Shown: positions 39,201 through 48,819 of the stretch, one piece after another
Layout of the letters: the number at the start of each line of letters is the position of its first letter
Numbering within the stretch: position 1 is the first letter of the stretch
From: a virus
Taxonomy: Duplodnaviria; Caudoviricetes
Direction: 5' to 3' (one strand)
Length of the DNA: 55,199 nt
IMG/VR virus record: IMGVR_UViG_3300032736_000354
Location: 1-55,199 of that record
Notes under the pieces: model-generated
The model's database searches: none
The model's input: only the letters and a program-made list of their open reading frames with translations
What the model was told of the DNA's origin: nothing
Translations under genes and position numbers: made by a program

Positions 39201-42200
39201 TAGTTTTGTTAAGTCTGAAGATTTAACATCTCCTACTTTAACTCCAGTTGGAGGTTCGGATGTTATTGAAGCTCAGGAAGGAAATGCTAGATCTGGATCA
39301 GAAGATAGATATATTCCTATTTCTGGTGATTCTGAATATCCCTCAGAACAAAAATTATATGTAGAACTTCGTAGACCTTCTATTGCACGTTCAGGAAATC
39401 ACACATTTGAATATCTTGGATATGGTCCTGGTAACTACTCAACTGGTTTTCCGTTAAGACAAGAAGTAGTATTATCAGATCTTCAAGATTTTTATGCTCA
39501 ATCTAAAAAAGAAAATGGTGGTATTGTATTTTATACTGGTTTAAACTCTAATGGCGACCTTTATATTGGTAATAAAAAAGTTAATGCTATTACTGGAGAA
39601 GAAACATTCCTTGAAAGAGCTGATTTATTAGATTCTGAAGATGATTCAGATGATGCCGGAGGAACTCTTGTTACAACGTTTGATACTCCGGTAACGTTTA
39701 ATGATAGAATTACTGTGGAAGGTAACGCCACATTTAATAATCCGGTTGAAATTAATGTTGGACCTGATGAAGGAACTGCATTACGTATTTTTAGTGTTGT
39801 TGATACAGCTCTGGGAGATGATCTTTCTGTGGACAGATCTCAGCAAACTAATAATGATAATGGTGACATTACGCTAGGTAAAAATAGAATAAACGCAGCC
39901 GTTTATGGAATTACTGCTAGACAGCAACTTGGAAAAGATGGTCAACCTTATTCTGTTAGAACTAACTTTGCGGGATCTTTGGGACCAACTAATCTAACAC
40001 CCAATCAAAATTCTCAATTTAGATTTGATAGTAGTCAGGAAATTTCTTATAGTTCATTATTGAAGCCAGTTTCTGGTGATGTATTATTAAAAGGAGCTGA
40101 AGTAGGACTTTCTGGATCTTTGGGTTGGATTTATGCAAATTACTATACGACAATAACAGATTCTAGCATTCAGAATATCACTAGTGATGGAATTTATATT
40201 ACAATTAATTGGATCAATACGGTATCTAATCAAAATTTAAACGTTACTGCCGGATCCCAATTAAGAATTAGCAACTTTAATTTAAATCCAAATCTAAACG
40301 GAACTTGGAATGTTATTTCTCAGGGATTTGTTGCTTCCTCAAATTCATGCCGAATTTTAATTTCAATACCAGTTGCTAACGGAACAGTATATACGTGGTC
40401 TAATGCCGCTGCTAATGCTGCCATAGAAGTTGCTAGGTCAAATTGGAAAGAATTTGGTGTTCTTGGTAGTGAAACTTTAAGAACAAATACAGAAATTTTT
40501 GGTAACTATAAACTTGGCATCAATACTATAGCAAGAGCTTCTGATACAGCTTATCTACGTGGATTTGTAGATTCTTCAACAGAAAATAATATTTCTCCGA
40601 GAGCTAATCTTGATCTTGTTGGTGATGCTTTTATTAGTGGTAAATCTGTTGGTATTACTATTAACAATGGTATTCAAACAAAGATAGAAACTGCATTAAA
40701 CAATGCATTTTTAATTGGAGGCAACAGCTTAACACCAGATAATGCCTCAACATTACGAGTATCTACAACTAATAGTGGAAGAGTTGGTATTAATACAACT
40801 AATGCTCAACTAAATGGTACTGCTGATAGTGGAATTTATAATGTTGCTTTTGCTGTAATTGGAAGTTCGGCAATTAGTAATGCTCTTAGAGTTGGTGGAA
40901 CTTCATCTCTAATTGGAAATACCACAATTACTGGGGATTTGGCAGTTAATGGTGGTGATATTACAACAACCGTTACCACTAATTCGTTTAATTTATTAAA
41001 TGACACTACATTTATTGGAACATTAAATATTTCCAATAGTGTTGGCATCGCAAATCTAACTAGAAATGCTTCCCAAATTAATTTTGGTAATTTAGCAACG
41101 TCCCAAATTATTAATATTGGTAATCCATCATCTACATCTGCCAATAGTTCCCAAATTACCATTGGTGGTGCTTACGGTAATAACGAAACTAATAGTTTTG
41201 TAGAAATTAAAACAAAATCTATAAAACTTTGGGGTGATTTGCAAGTAGGTATTAATAAATTAGTTACTGAAGAAGTAGCAATAACAACTTCTGCTGGTTC
41301 GGTAAGTTTCTTCTCTAATTCCGGAGCAGCATCTTCTCTTAATTTTGCAGCCAATGCATCAGATGTTAGCATTGCTGGTCAAGGAGGAACCACCAGGATA
41401 AGAAATAGCCTTACTGTGGATGCTACTTTACTTGTTAAAGGAAATAGTATTCTTAATGGAGGAACGGCATCATTCAACTTTAATGGCACTAGGGCACAAT
41501 TAGGATCTACAATTTCTGCCCACACAGGAACAATTTCTGTGCCGTTAAATAAAAATATTGATTTTGCAACAATTGTACCTGGATTTAATAATCTAGTTGA
41601 TACTGCTGGTGCCGGATCATGGGGAGGAACTTTCTTCCAACAAGCAATTTCTACATATATTTCAGATTCTGATTCAGCTTTAGTAGCATTAACTGGAAAT
41701 AGGTATTATTTACCTCTAGTAAATCTACCCACATATTCTGAAAATGATGATTTATTAATTGATACAACTGTTTCTGGAACTACTCACCCAGAAATTGTAA
41801 GAATTGCTTCGGGTGGATTAGTTAGAGTACAAACTGCTCCATATTTTATCATTGTTGAGCGTCAACCATATGGATCATTCTTGCCAACTAAAACAAATCA
41901 CCCAGATAATACTGCGGTACGAAAAATAAATGTAGCTCTTGATGCTACTTGGATAACCTCTAATGTTGATGGATCCGGAACAAGTGATCAATTTAATTTA
42001 GCTGAATTTGGCGGTTCTTTAAATATAGGAGATTATATTTTTGTCAGCAGAAATTCTTCTGGAACATCAGGAGAAGCAGTTGAAATTGGCACTTCAGTTG
42101 GTCAAATTTCTAAGAAATTTATTGTAAATAATGGATCAAATGTTACTAAATTTGAAATTGATAGTGTAACTGGCGAAACAACAATTAGTGATTCTATTTC

Positions 42201-43122
42201 AAATGGTGGTTTGACAGTCTTTGGACCGACAAACCTAACTGGATCTTTGACCACTTCGGGTGGAAATGTAACATTCAATACTCCCAGTGCTTTAACACTT
42301 AATGGCGGAAACTTCATTATTAATGATTCCACCGGAACTGTCAATAAGTTAACACTCACAAACTCAACTGGAAATCTGTTTATTGCTGGTGACTTAACAG
42401 TTAGCGGTAACGATATTAGTTCTAGCACTGCTATCGCATTGACTCTCAGTGGTGCCAACGTTCAAGTAAGAGGTGACCTTACTATTACTGGTAATGATAT
42501 TAAATCAAGTACTGGTGCCACTGTAATTACTTTGAGTGTAAATGACGCAACATTTGCTGATAATGTGAATATTGGCGGAACAACTACTATTGGTGGTGAT
42601 TTAACTCTCAATGGTGGTGACTTCACAGTTAACTCGGGAGGCATTGAAAGATTTAATATTAATAGCAATGGTGCTATTGATTTGGGCGGTATTACGCAAT
42701 ACTTTACTCCTACTGGTGGCAGAAAGTGGGTATACATTACAACGCAAGCAAATACTCAAACTTCTGCAGTATCATTGGTTAGTAATACTAACTATTATGT
42801 TTCTCCTACCGGAACGGGCAGTGTGCTTGTGTTAACTTTGCCAGGAACACCGCAAAATGGTGATATGATTAGAATACTTGATTTGGGTGGGCAGATTACA
42901 TATAATACACAATTAATTATTAGAGCAACTAATGGCAAATCAATCCAGGGTGATACTACTGGATCTACTTTTGGTATGCCTACTGGATCTTATACTGGCG
43001 GTGGAGAATTGATTATTAATACTCCTAACGTTGGTCTTGGGTTAGTTTATATTGGGGATATAGATGGTATTGGCGTCGCAATTCCATCCAGTGCTCAGGG
43101 ATGGAGATTAATGGAGATCTAA
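33265..43122 (+). CDS. Giant virion structural / tail fibre protein (3285 aa)
   Basis: MALTRLDNLYSSKTGKYLYVSPDDFNATD N-terminus typical of cyanomyovirus giant proteins; repeated KCxRDIGxFIDA helical units; C-terminal fibre-like beta repeats and GDMIRILDLGG..GWRL end. Confidence 0.85.
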   Translation: MALTRLDNLYSSKTGKYLYVSPDDFNATDELDNRGNSPLRPFLTIQRAFIEVARYSYLPGKNNDRFDQFSIMLMPGNHYIDNRPGTVDVINPEVRYIDGANLIQSNRQEIIDRAFAEIAIQYDEVTWGTDWVVPGDQVFDNELNRNFDAYRLIQRNKEEIVESAYQAMLDLNPGFVVPGTGGIDDNKCKRDIGFFIDAVSLDVVLGGGNKYTRKFIQSYFNAADNNWLSNTLEGEEQQSIQAFVAARDGMVDAVSNQLTYKDLSITADPSTGSNVDENSCANIQNLIITLSAIITDRIIAGTLNGLVGETSSPAKGDGENSAKADIAIIVDAIISDLKTGGNSNIIQVARSYFDRSGVPISDGLIGQKDQSIVAFTAAADMMRKAVRNRLYEKDLTVLAGPSVAGGTGLIQPVYPSGNDFACVDVQDTISSLVLTLTNIIEDENLSSLSDIEITGDVPVFNYNQALEEWNDNSVLDLGNPDNVFYKFNASTGGAIVPRGCSLIGYDLRRTVIRPLYVPDPADGTQARTSIFNLTGGCYLWQFTIKDGDLSSNSPLFDPVANVGKVYFQKGNTSQLAVPEYSHHKICIMEYAESEELDRYYTKVARSFSRFQPLIDNGELESLVQENRIVGPLSDTRRLASIKIIDSTPAGILTVEVATKIDHGYFVDQYIAILNNGLSDQLNGTFKVTATNIGDNPKVFRYQIPTVVAALGNSNLESGATYTSSNGLNTNAVAQAEIDSVESASPYVFNCSIRSTWGQCGMWADGSKATGFKSMVVAQYTGVSLQKDDRAFIRYDKFTNTWNQASLTDAFATVPYHTKGDAYWKDDWRNFHIRASDDSFVQCVSVFAVGFHDHFLMESGGDMSITNSNSNFGNTSLHAIGFKGFSFNQDKGGYITDIIPPQVINTSISNEEKVQYYTLDIQASNPQSNNTKLYLAGDDISDPANRPAATIGGYRIGAKSNEKLYVKLDDGVYNSTITPSGFLNYTVSLETLNPGGIGINNKAQDAANRIESNKTFIANEAYEYILDKYPNLLTTPNITISKCERDIGYFIDATISDLRLGGNINTVQAAEGYFVGNNLVYIQNELSETIEALDYVKNLSIAAMRNFDYLIQNCSTSAGSPLVNVGDTTGLVVGMSVSQYSPQSFTNGRLNTGATSLTSNITSGTYIKKIVNNTTIELGVFGSKLDEGTTKNALQNSSTTWLYFTLPFGAWNSDHNIIPNTDPSLIQDTSYPECSDIASIINQYFADITLTLNQGIGSVIKIEPVIDIVSLGQRATIFTVNTGESTSNPHQFETGTPIRLVPKAKEGSTVDKKFIRLPRGFESNQKYYVISPGRLTQPFDYSGTTYFDGSDQTKLMLASTKENAGAGIYIYSPETESVHPDVEIEIQQFVLDESYDLHKFKCNFAVGDTRNVETDVVHIFDLPSASVIPQKIFFRQADDIIDSTLPQIVGQGTINTQTYYYARYGATKKFTVHTSHSDAIAGINEITFVENTGKNFYVFADKRVSPLRFDATFSSVENATGLWYLEVLDESSGANIRSDSILTRFHNVNAYGPNSGKIRTLDTWFTRVNDTRQKEDRVYRLRYVIPKYLETVRDPLNGFVLKIRTDEKRRLVPQKIVLVPVSGNTQNTAVFQNPGGFQETLGLTKQQYITDIVNPIDPGIFNLSPEKRLGLYDPYFNPKIVETESNIAFTVQSARKTQNNYLEIIAFDHTIVNEALKNEIFTVVEISAPQGGSGQFTSGSTAPLITWSGNSTGFAIIQKYLFVNNKHYLILIITAGKIEYSSFIPTTFNQVVAPFQITANLVAKPNSVGDPEGKDKSNKKDFLYTIEGSNVYTLAPGDFINDDTGKRYQIQSVQDVGNIDDTFYIFDIDEIRERIAGQQDGVYYLTAVRGNISPFPTGAGVGENFKNYKFSQPISQLYPQNYKNDPVWFKQLNPVFNDVPPSVAAADNYIHGYVTINDSKNSETKEVVYDIIQQPAFENYSFVKSEDLTSPTLTPVGGSDVIEAQEGNARSGSEDRYIPISGDSEYPSEQKLYVELRRPSIARSGNHTFEYLGYGPGNYSTGFPLRQEVVLSDLQDFYAQSKKENGGIVFYTGLNSNGDLYIGNKKVNAITGEETFLERADLLDSEDDSDDAGGTLVTTFDTPVTFNDRITVEGNATFNNPVEINVGPDEGTALRIFSVVDTALGDDLSVDRSQQTNNDNGDITLGKNRINAAVYGITARQQLGKDGQPYSVRTNFAGSLGPTNLTPNQNSQFRFDSSQEISYSSLLKPVSGDVLLKGAEVGLSGSLGWIYANYYTTITDSSIQNITSDGIYITINWINTVSNQNLNVTAGSQLRISNFNLNPNLNGTWNVISQGFVASSNSCRILISIPVANGTVYTWSNAAANAAIEVARSNWKEFGVLGSETLRTNTEIFGNYKLGINTIARASDTAYLRGFVDSSTENNISPRANLDLVGDAFISGKSVGITINNGIQTKIETALNNAFLIGGNSLTPDNASTLRVSTTNSGRVGINTTNAQLNGTADSGIYNVAFAVIGSSAISNALRVGGTSSLIGNTTITGDLAVNGGDITTTVTTNSFNLLNDTTFIGTLNISNSVGIANLTRNASQINFGNLATSQIINIGNPSSTSANSSQITIGGAYGNNETNSFVEIKTKSIKLWGDLQVGINKLVTEEVAITTSAGSVSFFSNSGAASSLNFAANASDVSIAGQGGTTRIRNSLTVDATLLVKGNSILNGGTASFNFNGTRAQLGSTISAHTGTISVPLNKNIDFATIVPGFNNLVDTAGAGSWGGTFFQQAISTYISDSDSALVALTGNRYYLPLVNLPTYSENDDLLIDTTVSGTTHPEIVRIASGGLVRVQTAPYFIIVERQPYGSFLPTKTNHPDNTAVRKINVALDATWITSNVDGSGTSDQFNLAEFGGSLNIGDYIFVSRNSSGTSGEAVEIGTSVGQISKKFIVNNGSNVTKFEIDSVTGETTISDSISNGGLTVFGPTNLTGSLTTSGGNVTFNTPSALTLNGGNFIINDSTGTVNKLTLTNSTGNLFIAGDLTVSGNDISSSTAIALTLSGANVQVRGDLTITGNDIKSSTGATVITLSVNDATFADNVNIGGTTTIGGDLTLNGGDFTVNSGGIERFNINSNGAIDLGGITQYFTPTGGRKWVYITTQANTQTSAVSLVSNTNYYVSPTGTGSVLVLTLPGTPQNGDMIRILDLGGQITYNTQLIIRATNGKSIQGDTTGSTFGMPTGSYTGGGELIINTPNVGLGLVYIGDIDGIGVAIPSSAQGWRLMEI

Positions 43123-43124
43123 AA

Positions 43125-44183
43125 ATGGCAGTTAATTACAATACTTTAAAATCTTTAAAGGGAACTTCTATTGGTACAATAGTACCTTGGTGTGGTGATA
43201 TTGCTCGTATTCCCAAAGGATGGATTGCTTGTGATGGAGAAACATTGACTACTTCAGATTATCCTTTGTTGTATGAAATAATTGGTAATAGATATGGCGG
43301 AACACTTAATTCTAGTTTTAATGTTCCAAATTTTACAACCAGGGGTGTGGTGGATTATCACACCTCACATTCAGCTATATCTGGCATCAGTATGCCAAAT
43401 GTATTTAAAAATTTAATAAATGACACGAACGACGTAGCAAATGTTTCTGTTTCTACGCCATCATCTAATATTGATTTGAGAGTAGATCAAGTAGGTTATA
43501 ATAATATATCCGCAACAATTACCGGGCAAACTTTGGTTGATCCATCTTTTAGTGATGCTGTATATGTTGCTGGTCGCCTTTTGGGAGATGATCATATTGC
43601 CTCTCATGGTCACCCAGCCGAATTTGACACTGTTGGTGGTCCATCTCAATGGGTAGAAGCATGTCAAAATAGCAATGGTAGTAATTGTTTTTCGCTATTT
43701 GAATGTAGTGATGATTGCAATAACAATTCATTTTATCCAACAGAAGCTAATAATCCTTATGGGCAAAGTTTATTCAAAGGATTTCCTGAAGGAGGAACCG
43801 CAATATATAATGCTCTAGCTGGTGCCGGAACTGCTAACGTTGATTTTGCTAGGCAAAATAGTTACGGTGGTAGTGGAATCCGAAATTATATTACGTCAGG
43901 AGAAGATCCAGCTTCTTCTAATAGTGGTGGTTTTGCGTATAATACTTCATTAGATCAAAACGCAGTTAATTTTGTGAGTAACGGTCACAATGTTCATGAT
44001 CATTTATCACTGTCTTATGATATTACAAAAGGTAGTATGTCCATTCCTTCTTCATATAATATAAATAATATAGGAACTTCAAATATTAGTCCACAAAATG
44101 AACCATTACGTGATATCGGCAGAATTCAAATTGAAGTAAATACTCCTGTATGTCAAGTTAAGTATATCATAAGAGCGTATTAA
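43125..44183 (+). CDS. Tail-collar-domain protein (short tail fibre-like)
   Basis: IGTIVPWCG..IPKGWIACDG..YPLLYEIIGNRYGG..FNVP; ends YIIRAY. Confidence 0.85.
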   Translation: MAVNYNTLKSLKGTSIGTIVPWCGDIARIPKGWIACDGETLTTSDYPLLYEIIGNRYGGTLNSSFNVPNFTTRGVVDYHTSHSAISGISMPNVFKNLINDTNDVANVSVSTPSSNIDLRVDQVGYNNISATITGQTLVDPSFSDAVYVAGRLLGDDHIASHGHPAEFDTVGGPSQWVEACQNSNGSNCFSLFECSDDCNNNSFYPTEANNPYGQSLFKGFPEGGTAIYNALAGAGTANVDFARQNSYGGSGIRNYITSGEDPASSNSGGFAYNTSLDQNAVNFVSNGHNVHDHLSLSYDITKGSMSIPSSYNINNIGTSNISPQNEPLRDIGRIQIEVNTPVCQVKYIIRAY

Positions 44184-44188
44184 TAGAT

Positions 44189-45064
44189 ATGGCAACAAAT
44201 TATGGATACGAAAAGGGAAAATATGGTATATTTGCAGGAACTATTGTGGCTTTTCCTAGAAAACTTACTGGCAAAGATCCAAATGATCAGACATGGAAAA
44301 CTTTAGTTCCAGCTGGATATTTGAGATGCGATGGCTCTATATTGAATGGCGATTCTTACCCAGCGTTAAAGCAAATTTTAGCTGTTGGAGCAGCTTCTAA
44401 ATATATAAAATCTGGAGTTACTTTGAAAGAAGATGACGAAAATGGAAATGGTGGACAATTTCAACTTCCTGATCTTGGATCAAAATACCTAAGAAGTGCG
44501 TTAGTTTCTGGTGGATATGATCACTTGACAGTTATTAATCCAGTAACTTCTAACGAAGTTGCGAGAGTTGGTGTTGCTACTACGGTAGAAACAAATATTC
44601 AATATCCGGTGCAAGTTTTTTATAATGGAAATTTATCAATTCCATCAAATCCTGTTCCCATCACAGAAACATCAAATTTTGGCACAACTTTAAGCGGAAT
44701 TACTCCAACTGGATATCCTGATTATACTGCATATCTTCCACACGGGCATTACGCAAATACTGTATCTAGACAGTCAAATGCTGAAACAGCTTCTTGTGCA
44801 TCTGGAGGTGGAGATACTTCATCTAGAACACAAGTTGATATATCAGATGGAGATTCTGGCACAACAGGTAGTTTTTCTAGCGTTACCCACGCACACAATT
44901 TAACAAGAAGTCCAGTTACTAGAAGTACAACACAAAATAATATAGCTACTACTGCGGGGCCAGATAATATATCAACATCAGTCACATTAAATCCTAGTAA
45001 TACCTTTAAGATGGATGATATTCAACATGCTTTTATCCTCGTAGAATATTTAATAAAAATATAA
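44189..45064 (+). CDS. Tail-collar-domain protein
   Basis: PAGYLRCDGS..YPALKQIL..FQLPDLGSK; HxH motifs; ends VEYLIKI. Confidence 0.85.
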   Translation: MATNYGYEKGKYGIFAGTIVAFPRKLTGKDPNDQTWKTLVPAGYLRCDGSILNGDSYPALKQILAVGAASKYIKSGVTLKEDDENGNGGQFQLPDLGSKYLRSALVSGGYDHLTVINPVTSNEVARVGVATTVETNIQYPVQVFYNGNLSIPSNPVPITETSNFGTTLSGITPTGYPDYTAYLPHGHYANTVSRQSNAETASCASGGGDTSSRTQVDISDGDSGTTGSFSSVTHAHNLTRSPVTRSTTQNNIATTAGPDNISTSVTLNPSNTFKMDDIQHAFILVEYLIKI

Positions 45065-45066
45065 TC

Positions 45067-46176
45067 ATGCCTGTACGTTATTCTAAACAAACTCAACAAA
45101 GTGGTGTAACTATTGGCACTGTGGTATCTATACCAAAACCAATTACCTGGGCAAATAGTGCCAATTTAACAACAGAAACTAATAATTGGGAATGCCAAAC
45201 TAATTATCCTGGTTGGTTACCTTGTGACGGCAGAACAGTAAATATTTCTGAATATCGAGCTTTGTATGATGTAATTGGAAATACCTATGGAGGAAATGCA
45301 ACAACATTTAATTTACCAGATTACAGATCTAAAAAATTAATGGGCACTGGTCCGGTATCTTCGGGAACAACGTTAACTTTGACGCCAACACAAGGTCCAG
45401 GTAATTTTTCTCCTGCTCCAGATGTTCCTGGATCTATGGGAGGATTATATAGCTTAACTACTACGAGACAGTTACCACCAGAAAGCGAAATAACTCCAGG
45501 AAATCCAGGAAGTCCAGCAGTTATTGGTGGTGACGCAACTGATACTTTTTCGCTTGGTTCATATAGATCAACTGGATTTGTTGAAACAACTACTAATTCA
45601 AATGCCAATATAAGTGGTAATATTAATTATAGTATAGGACCAATATCACAAAGATCTATGTCTGGAGTTGCACCTCACTCCCACGCAGTAAGATATGCAC
45701 AAGCTACTGGTGGTAGTATGGCTGTTGGGAGTCCATATTGTGCTTATCAACGATATCCTTTTTTAAATAATGTTACGGGTGGCGTTAGACAATTTAATAG
45801 AGAAGACAGACCTTTGCTTACTCACTCACATTACCTTTATTTCGAATCCGAATCATTAATAGCAAAAGGATCGTATGGTCTTGATGATGGTCCTGGAACA
45901 TCTGGATTGGTAAATACTGCATTTGCAATATCAGGACCAAACGCAGGACCAGCTTTTGCAACAAGTTATTCCAGCACAAATAATAGAGGAATTACTATCC
46001 AGAAAACTGTAACTATGTCGCAACTTGGCGTTACTATAACAGATGCTACAGTAACATTAAAAAACACAACAAAAAGTTCTTGGGATGCTTCTTTAAGGAT
46101 AAGATTACAAGCAGCGGAAGAACTTCCCTTAATGACACCATATTTCCGACTTAAATATATAATAAAGGCTTATTAA
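45067..46176 (+). CDS. Tail-collar-domain protein
   Basis: YPGWLPCDG..YRALYDVIGNTYGG..FNLPDYR; HSH motifs; ends KYIIKAY. Confidence 0.85.
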   Translation: MPVRYSKQTQQSGVTIGTVVSIPKPITWANSANLTTETNNWECQTNYPGWLPCDGRTVNISEYRALYDVIGNTYGGNATTFNLPDYRSKKLMGTGPVSSGTTLTLTPTQGPGNFSPAPDVPGSMGGLYSLTTTRQLPPESEITPGNPGSPAVIGGDATDTFSLGSYRSTGFVETTTNSNANISGNINYSIGPISQRSMSGVAPHSHAVRYAQATGGSMAVGSPYCAYQRYPFLNNVTGGVRQFNREDRPLLTHSHYLYFESESLIAKGSYGLDDGPGTSGLVNTAFAISGPNAGPAFATSYSSTNNRGITIQKTVTMSQLGVTITDATVTLKNTTKSSWDASLRIRLQAAEELPLMTPYFRLKYIIKAY

Positions 46177-46185
46177 AAAATTACT

Positions 46186-46839
46186 ATGGCTATTTTACCA
46201 ATCAAACCTGTTGAATTGATGCAGGGAAAATTTACTGATTTTATTGGAGTTTGGGAAGATCATTTACCCAAATTTGTTTGTGATAAAGTAATTCAATCAT
46301 TTGAAAATGCAATAGACAACTCATCTAATAATTTTAATCAACCAGATGAGGATGATGCAAATCAACCAATTATAATGAATGGATCTGAGCAATTTTCTAA
46401 CAGAAATTTGGGAAGAAAAGATATTGGAATTATGCTAAATTTACATGATGCCGAAAGAACAATGGAAATAAATCAATATTTACATTCATGTTTTTTGGAT
46501 TATATTAGAGAATATGGTAATTTATCAACTACGCCATTAATTTCTAGTGATGTCAAAGTACAAAAAACTCTTCCTGCTGGTGGATATCATGTATGGCATA
46601 GTGAAAATAGTGGACACACGATGGCACAAAGAGTGTTAGTGTGGGCAATATATTTAAATGATGTTGAAGATGGAGGAGAAACAGAATTTTTATACCAATC
46701 TACTAGATTTAAACCAAAACGAGGTACTGTTGTTATTTGGCCAGCTGCATATACTCATGTACATAGAGGAAATCCTCCTTTATCTGGGCATAAATATATT
46801 GCAACTGGATGGTATATTAATGCTTTTGTATCAAATTAA
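46186..46839 (+). CDS. 2OG-Fe(II) oxygenase
   Basis: GGYHVWHSE, IYLNDVEDGGETEF, WPA..THVHRGNPP..KYIATGW. Confidence 0.92.
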   Translation: MAILPIKPVELMQGKFTDFIGVWEDHLPKFVCDKVIQSFENAIDNSSNNFNQPDEDDANQPIIMNGSEQFSNRNLGRKDIGIMLNLHDAERTMEINQYLHSCFLDYIREYGNLSTTPLISSDVKVQKTLPAGGYHVWHSENSGHTMAQRVLVWAIYLNDVEDGGETEFLYQSTRFKPKRGTVVIWPAAYTHVHRGNPPLSGHKYIATGWYINAFVSN

Positions 46840-46851
46840 AGGAAAATAATC

Positions 46852-47763
46852 ATGGAAACCTCCCAACTTTCTCCTGTGTTGCAATTTTTACCTCTCGACA
46901 AATCAATTTATTTTAAAGGTAAATCTTACAAATTAACAGATACTGAATTAAATTTAGTCATTGAAAAAACTCCTCCCCTCTGGTGGAATGAACATGATCC
47001 AGTGATGTTTTTTACTTACTATGATGATGGGTCTTATTTTTGCGAAAGAAAAAAACAAGTATATGATTTTAAAAATAAAATTACTACTCAACGAATATAC
47101 GAATTTATTGAACCTTCTAATGAAGATGCAAAGATTTGGTTTGATATTTTTGTGGAAGTATTGGAATCAATTCGTTTGGAACAACTTAGAAGTTCCAAAG
47201 AAGAGGTGAGAGAGAAAGTATTGGAAGAAGGAAAAGTATTACTTACATCCTTACTATCCTATCGAAATAAAGGATTGAAGGAGTCTGATTGGACTCAACT
47301 TCCGGATGTTTCATTGAGCGATTACGAAAAAGAATTGTGGAAAAAATATAGACAATCTCTGAGAGATATAACTGAAGATTATAATTGGTATACTAATAAC
47401 TTTTTCTTGGTTGATTTTCCAATCAATCCGTATGAATATATTGAATTACACGACAAAGAAGTTGAATACTTGAGTGTGAAAGAGCATTATAATAACTATG
47501 GTGCTAATATTGTCAAACTCAAACTAGCTAGATTAATGTCGTACTTAGCTGATCCACAAACTGATCTTGGATTAGGAGCTAATGATGAAGAATGGTTCCC
47601 TGGCGAAGATATAGAAAAACTTCGTTCAACTCCATATGAAGATTTTGTTCAGAAAATTAACAAATTGTTAACTAGAATAGATCCAGATTTAAAATACGAG
47701 GTTGTTCCTGTGGCTGGTTGTGGGGGAGAATCTTTTGTAACAGATCTAAACCAGAGTAAATAA
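46852..47763 (+). CDS. Tail fibre assembly chaperone-domain protein
   Basis: RNKGLKESDWTQLPD..WKKYRQSLRDI motif. Confidence 0.75.
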   Translation: METSQLSPVLQFLPLDKSIYFKGKSYKLTDTELNLVIEKTPPLWWNEHDPVMFFTYYDDGSYFCERKKQVYDFKNKITTQRIYEFIEPSNEDAKIWFDIFVEVLESIRLEQLRSSKEEVREKVLEEGKVLLTSLLSYRNKGLKESDWTQLPDVSLSDYEKELWKKYRQSLRDITEDYNWYTNNFFLVDFPINPYEYIELHDKEVEYLSVKEHYNNYGANIVKLKLARLMSYLADPQTDLGLGANDEEWFPGEDIEKLRSTPYEDFVQKINKLLTRIDPDLKYEVVPVAGCGGESFVTDLNQSK

Positions 47764-47785
47764 GTAAAATATTATTAGTAATGTT

Positions 47786-48460
47786 ATGATGTATGTTCTA
47801 AATTTGTTAAGTGAAAAATCTGCTGACAATATATTAAAAATATATGATGTAGCTACCTTTGAGAAGGGAGTAATGACAAATCCAAATAATAACTCACACA
47901 AGTTTTTTACGGATCAAAAAAATCTATTGGAGTTGGCAAAAGATGGTTACCAAAAACAGTGTAATGATATAGTAGAAAAAAGTATAATGAAATCTACTCA
48001 ATTTTATGATTATACATGCCCCAAAAAACTTTCTGGTATTAAATTTTTAGAATACCGAGAAGGAATGTATTATAGAGAGCACAATGATAGTTATATGATG
48101 GGATCTATTAGATCTGATTTTAGTTGCACTATTTTTTTAAATGATTCTACGGAATATGAGGGTGGTGAATTATTATTACGAGTAGGAAATAAAGAAATAG
48201 AATATAAATTGGAAAAAGGTCAAGCAATTTTATATCCAACTGGGTTATCTCATCAAGTGAAAGAAGTTACTTCTGGATCTAGAAAAGTCGCAGTATTTTG
48301 GGTAGAATCTTGCATACAAGACTCAAGAATATTGGCTTTATATCAACAATTTTGTTTGTTGCATAATAATTATAAAAATATGCCAGAAGCAAAAACAGAA
48401 TTTGGTGATCAATTGCATGGGTTTAAAAATAATTTATTACGAAATTTTCTAACACTATAG
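47786..48460 (+). CDS. 2OG-Fe(II) oxygenase (PKHD/PiuC-like)
   Basis: YREHND..RSDFSCTIFLND..YEGGEL, HQVKEVTSGSRKVAVFWVES. Confidence 0.9.
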   Translation: MMYVLNLLSEKSADNILKIYDVATFEKGVMTNPNNNSHKFFTDQKNLLELAKDGYQKQCNDIVEKSIMKSTQFYDYTCPKKLSGIKFLEYREGMYYREHNDSYMMGSIRSDFSCTIFLNDSTEYEGGELLLRVGNKEIEYKLEKGQAILYPTGLSHQVKEVTSGSRKVAVFWVESCIQDSRILALYQQFCLLHNNYKNMPEAKTEFGDQLHGFKNNLLRNFLTL

Positions 48461-48470
48461 GAGTAAAATT

Positions 48471-48806
48471 ATGGATTTGCAAATTTTAAGGTTATACGAT
48501 TTAGTTGCTGAGTATTGTAAAACTCATTCTGTGTCGGTTGTTTATTTTGAAGTAAAAACCAGAACACCAGAAGAGAAGGCAGAAATGCTTGATTTTTACA
48601 AAGATAAAATGCCAATTGAAATATACACATCTTTACAAGTAGAAGATGATAATTTTGTTATTTTTAACAACAAAGAATCTGCATTAGAATATGCAGAAAG
48701 TATTTTCCCATATTACACGGATATAGAACAAATAAACTCAAAATATCATATTTTTGCGTGTGTGTTTGATACCGACGGGAGTTTTCTTTGGGATAATAGT
48801 ATATGA
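48471..48806 (+). CDS. Hypothetical protein
   Basis: GGAG RBS, 111-aa ORF within the operon. Confidence 0.7.
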   Translation: MDLQILRLYDLVAEYCKTHSVSVVYFEVKTRTPEEKAEMLDFYKDKMPIEIYTSLQVEDDNFVIFNNKESALEYAESIFPYYTDIEQINSKYHIFACVFDTDGSFLWDNSI

Positions 48807-48819
48807 TGCAGTGTAAAAT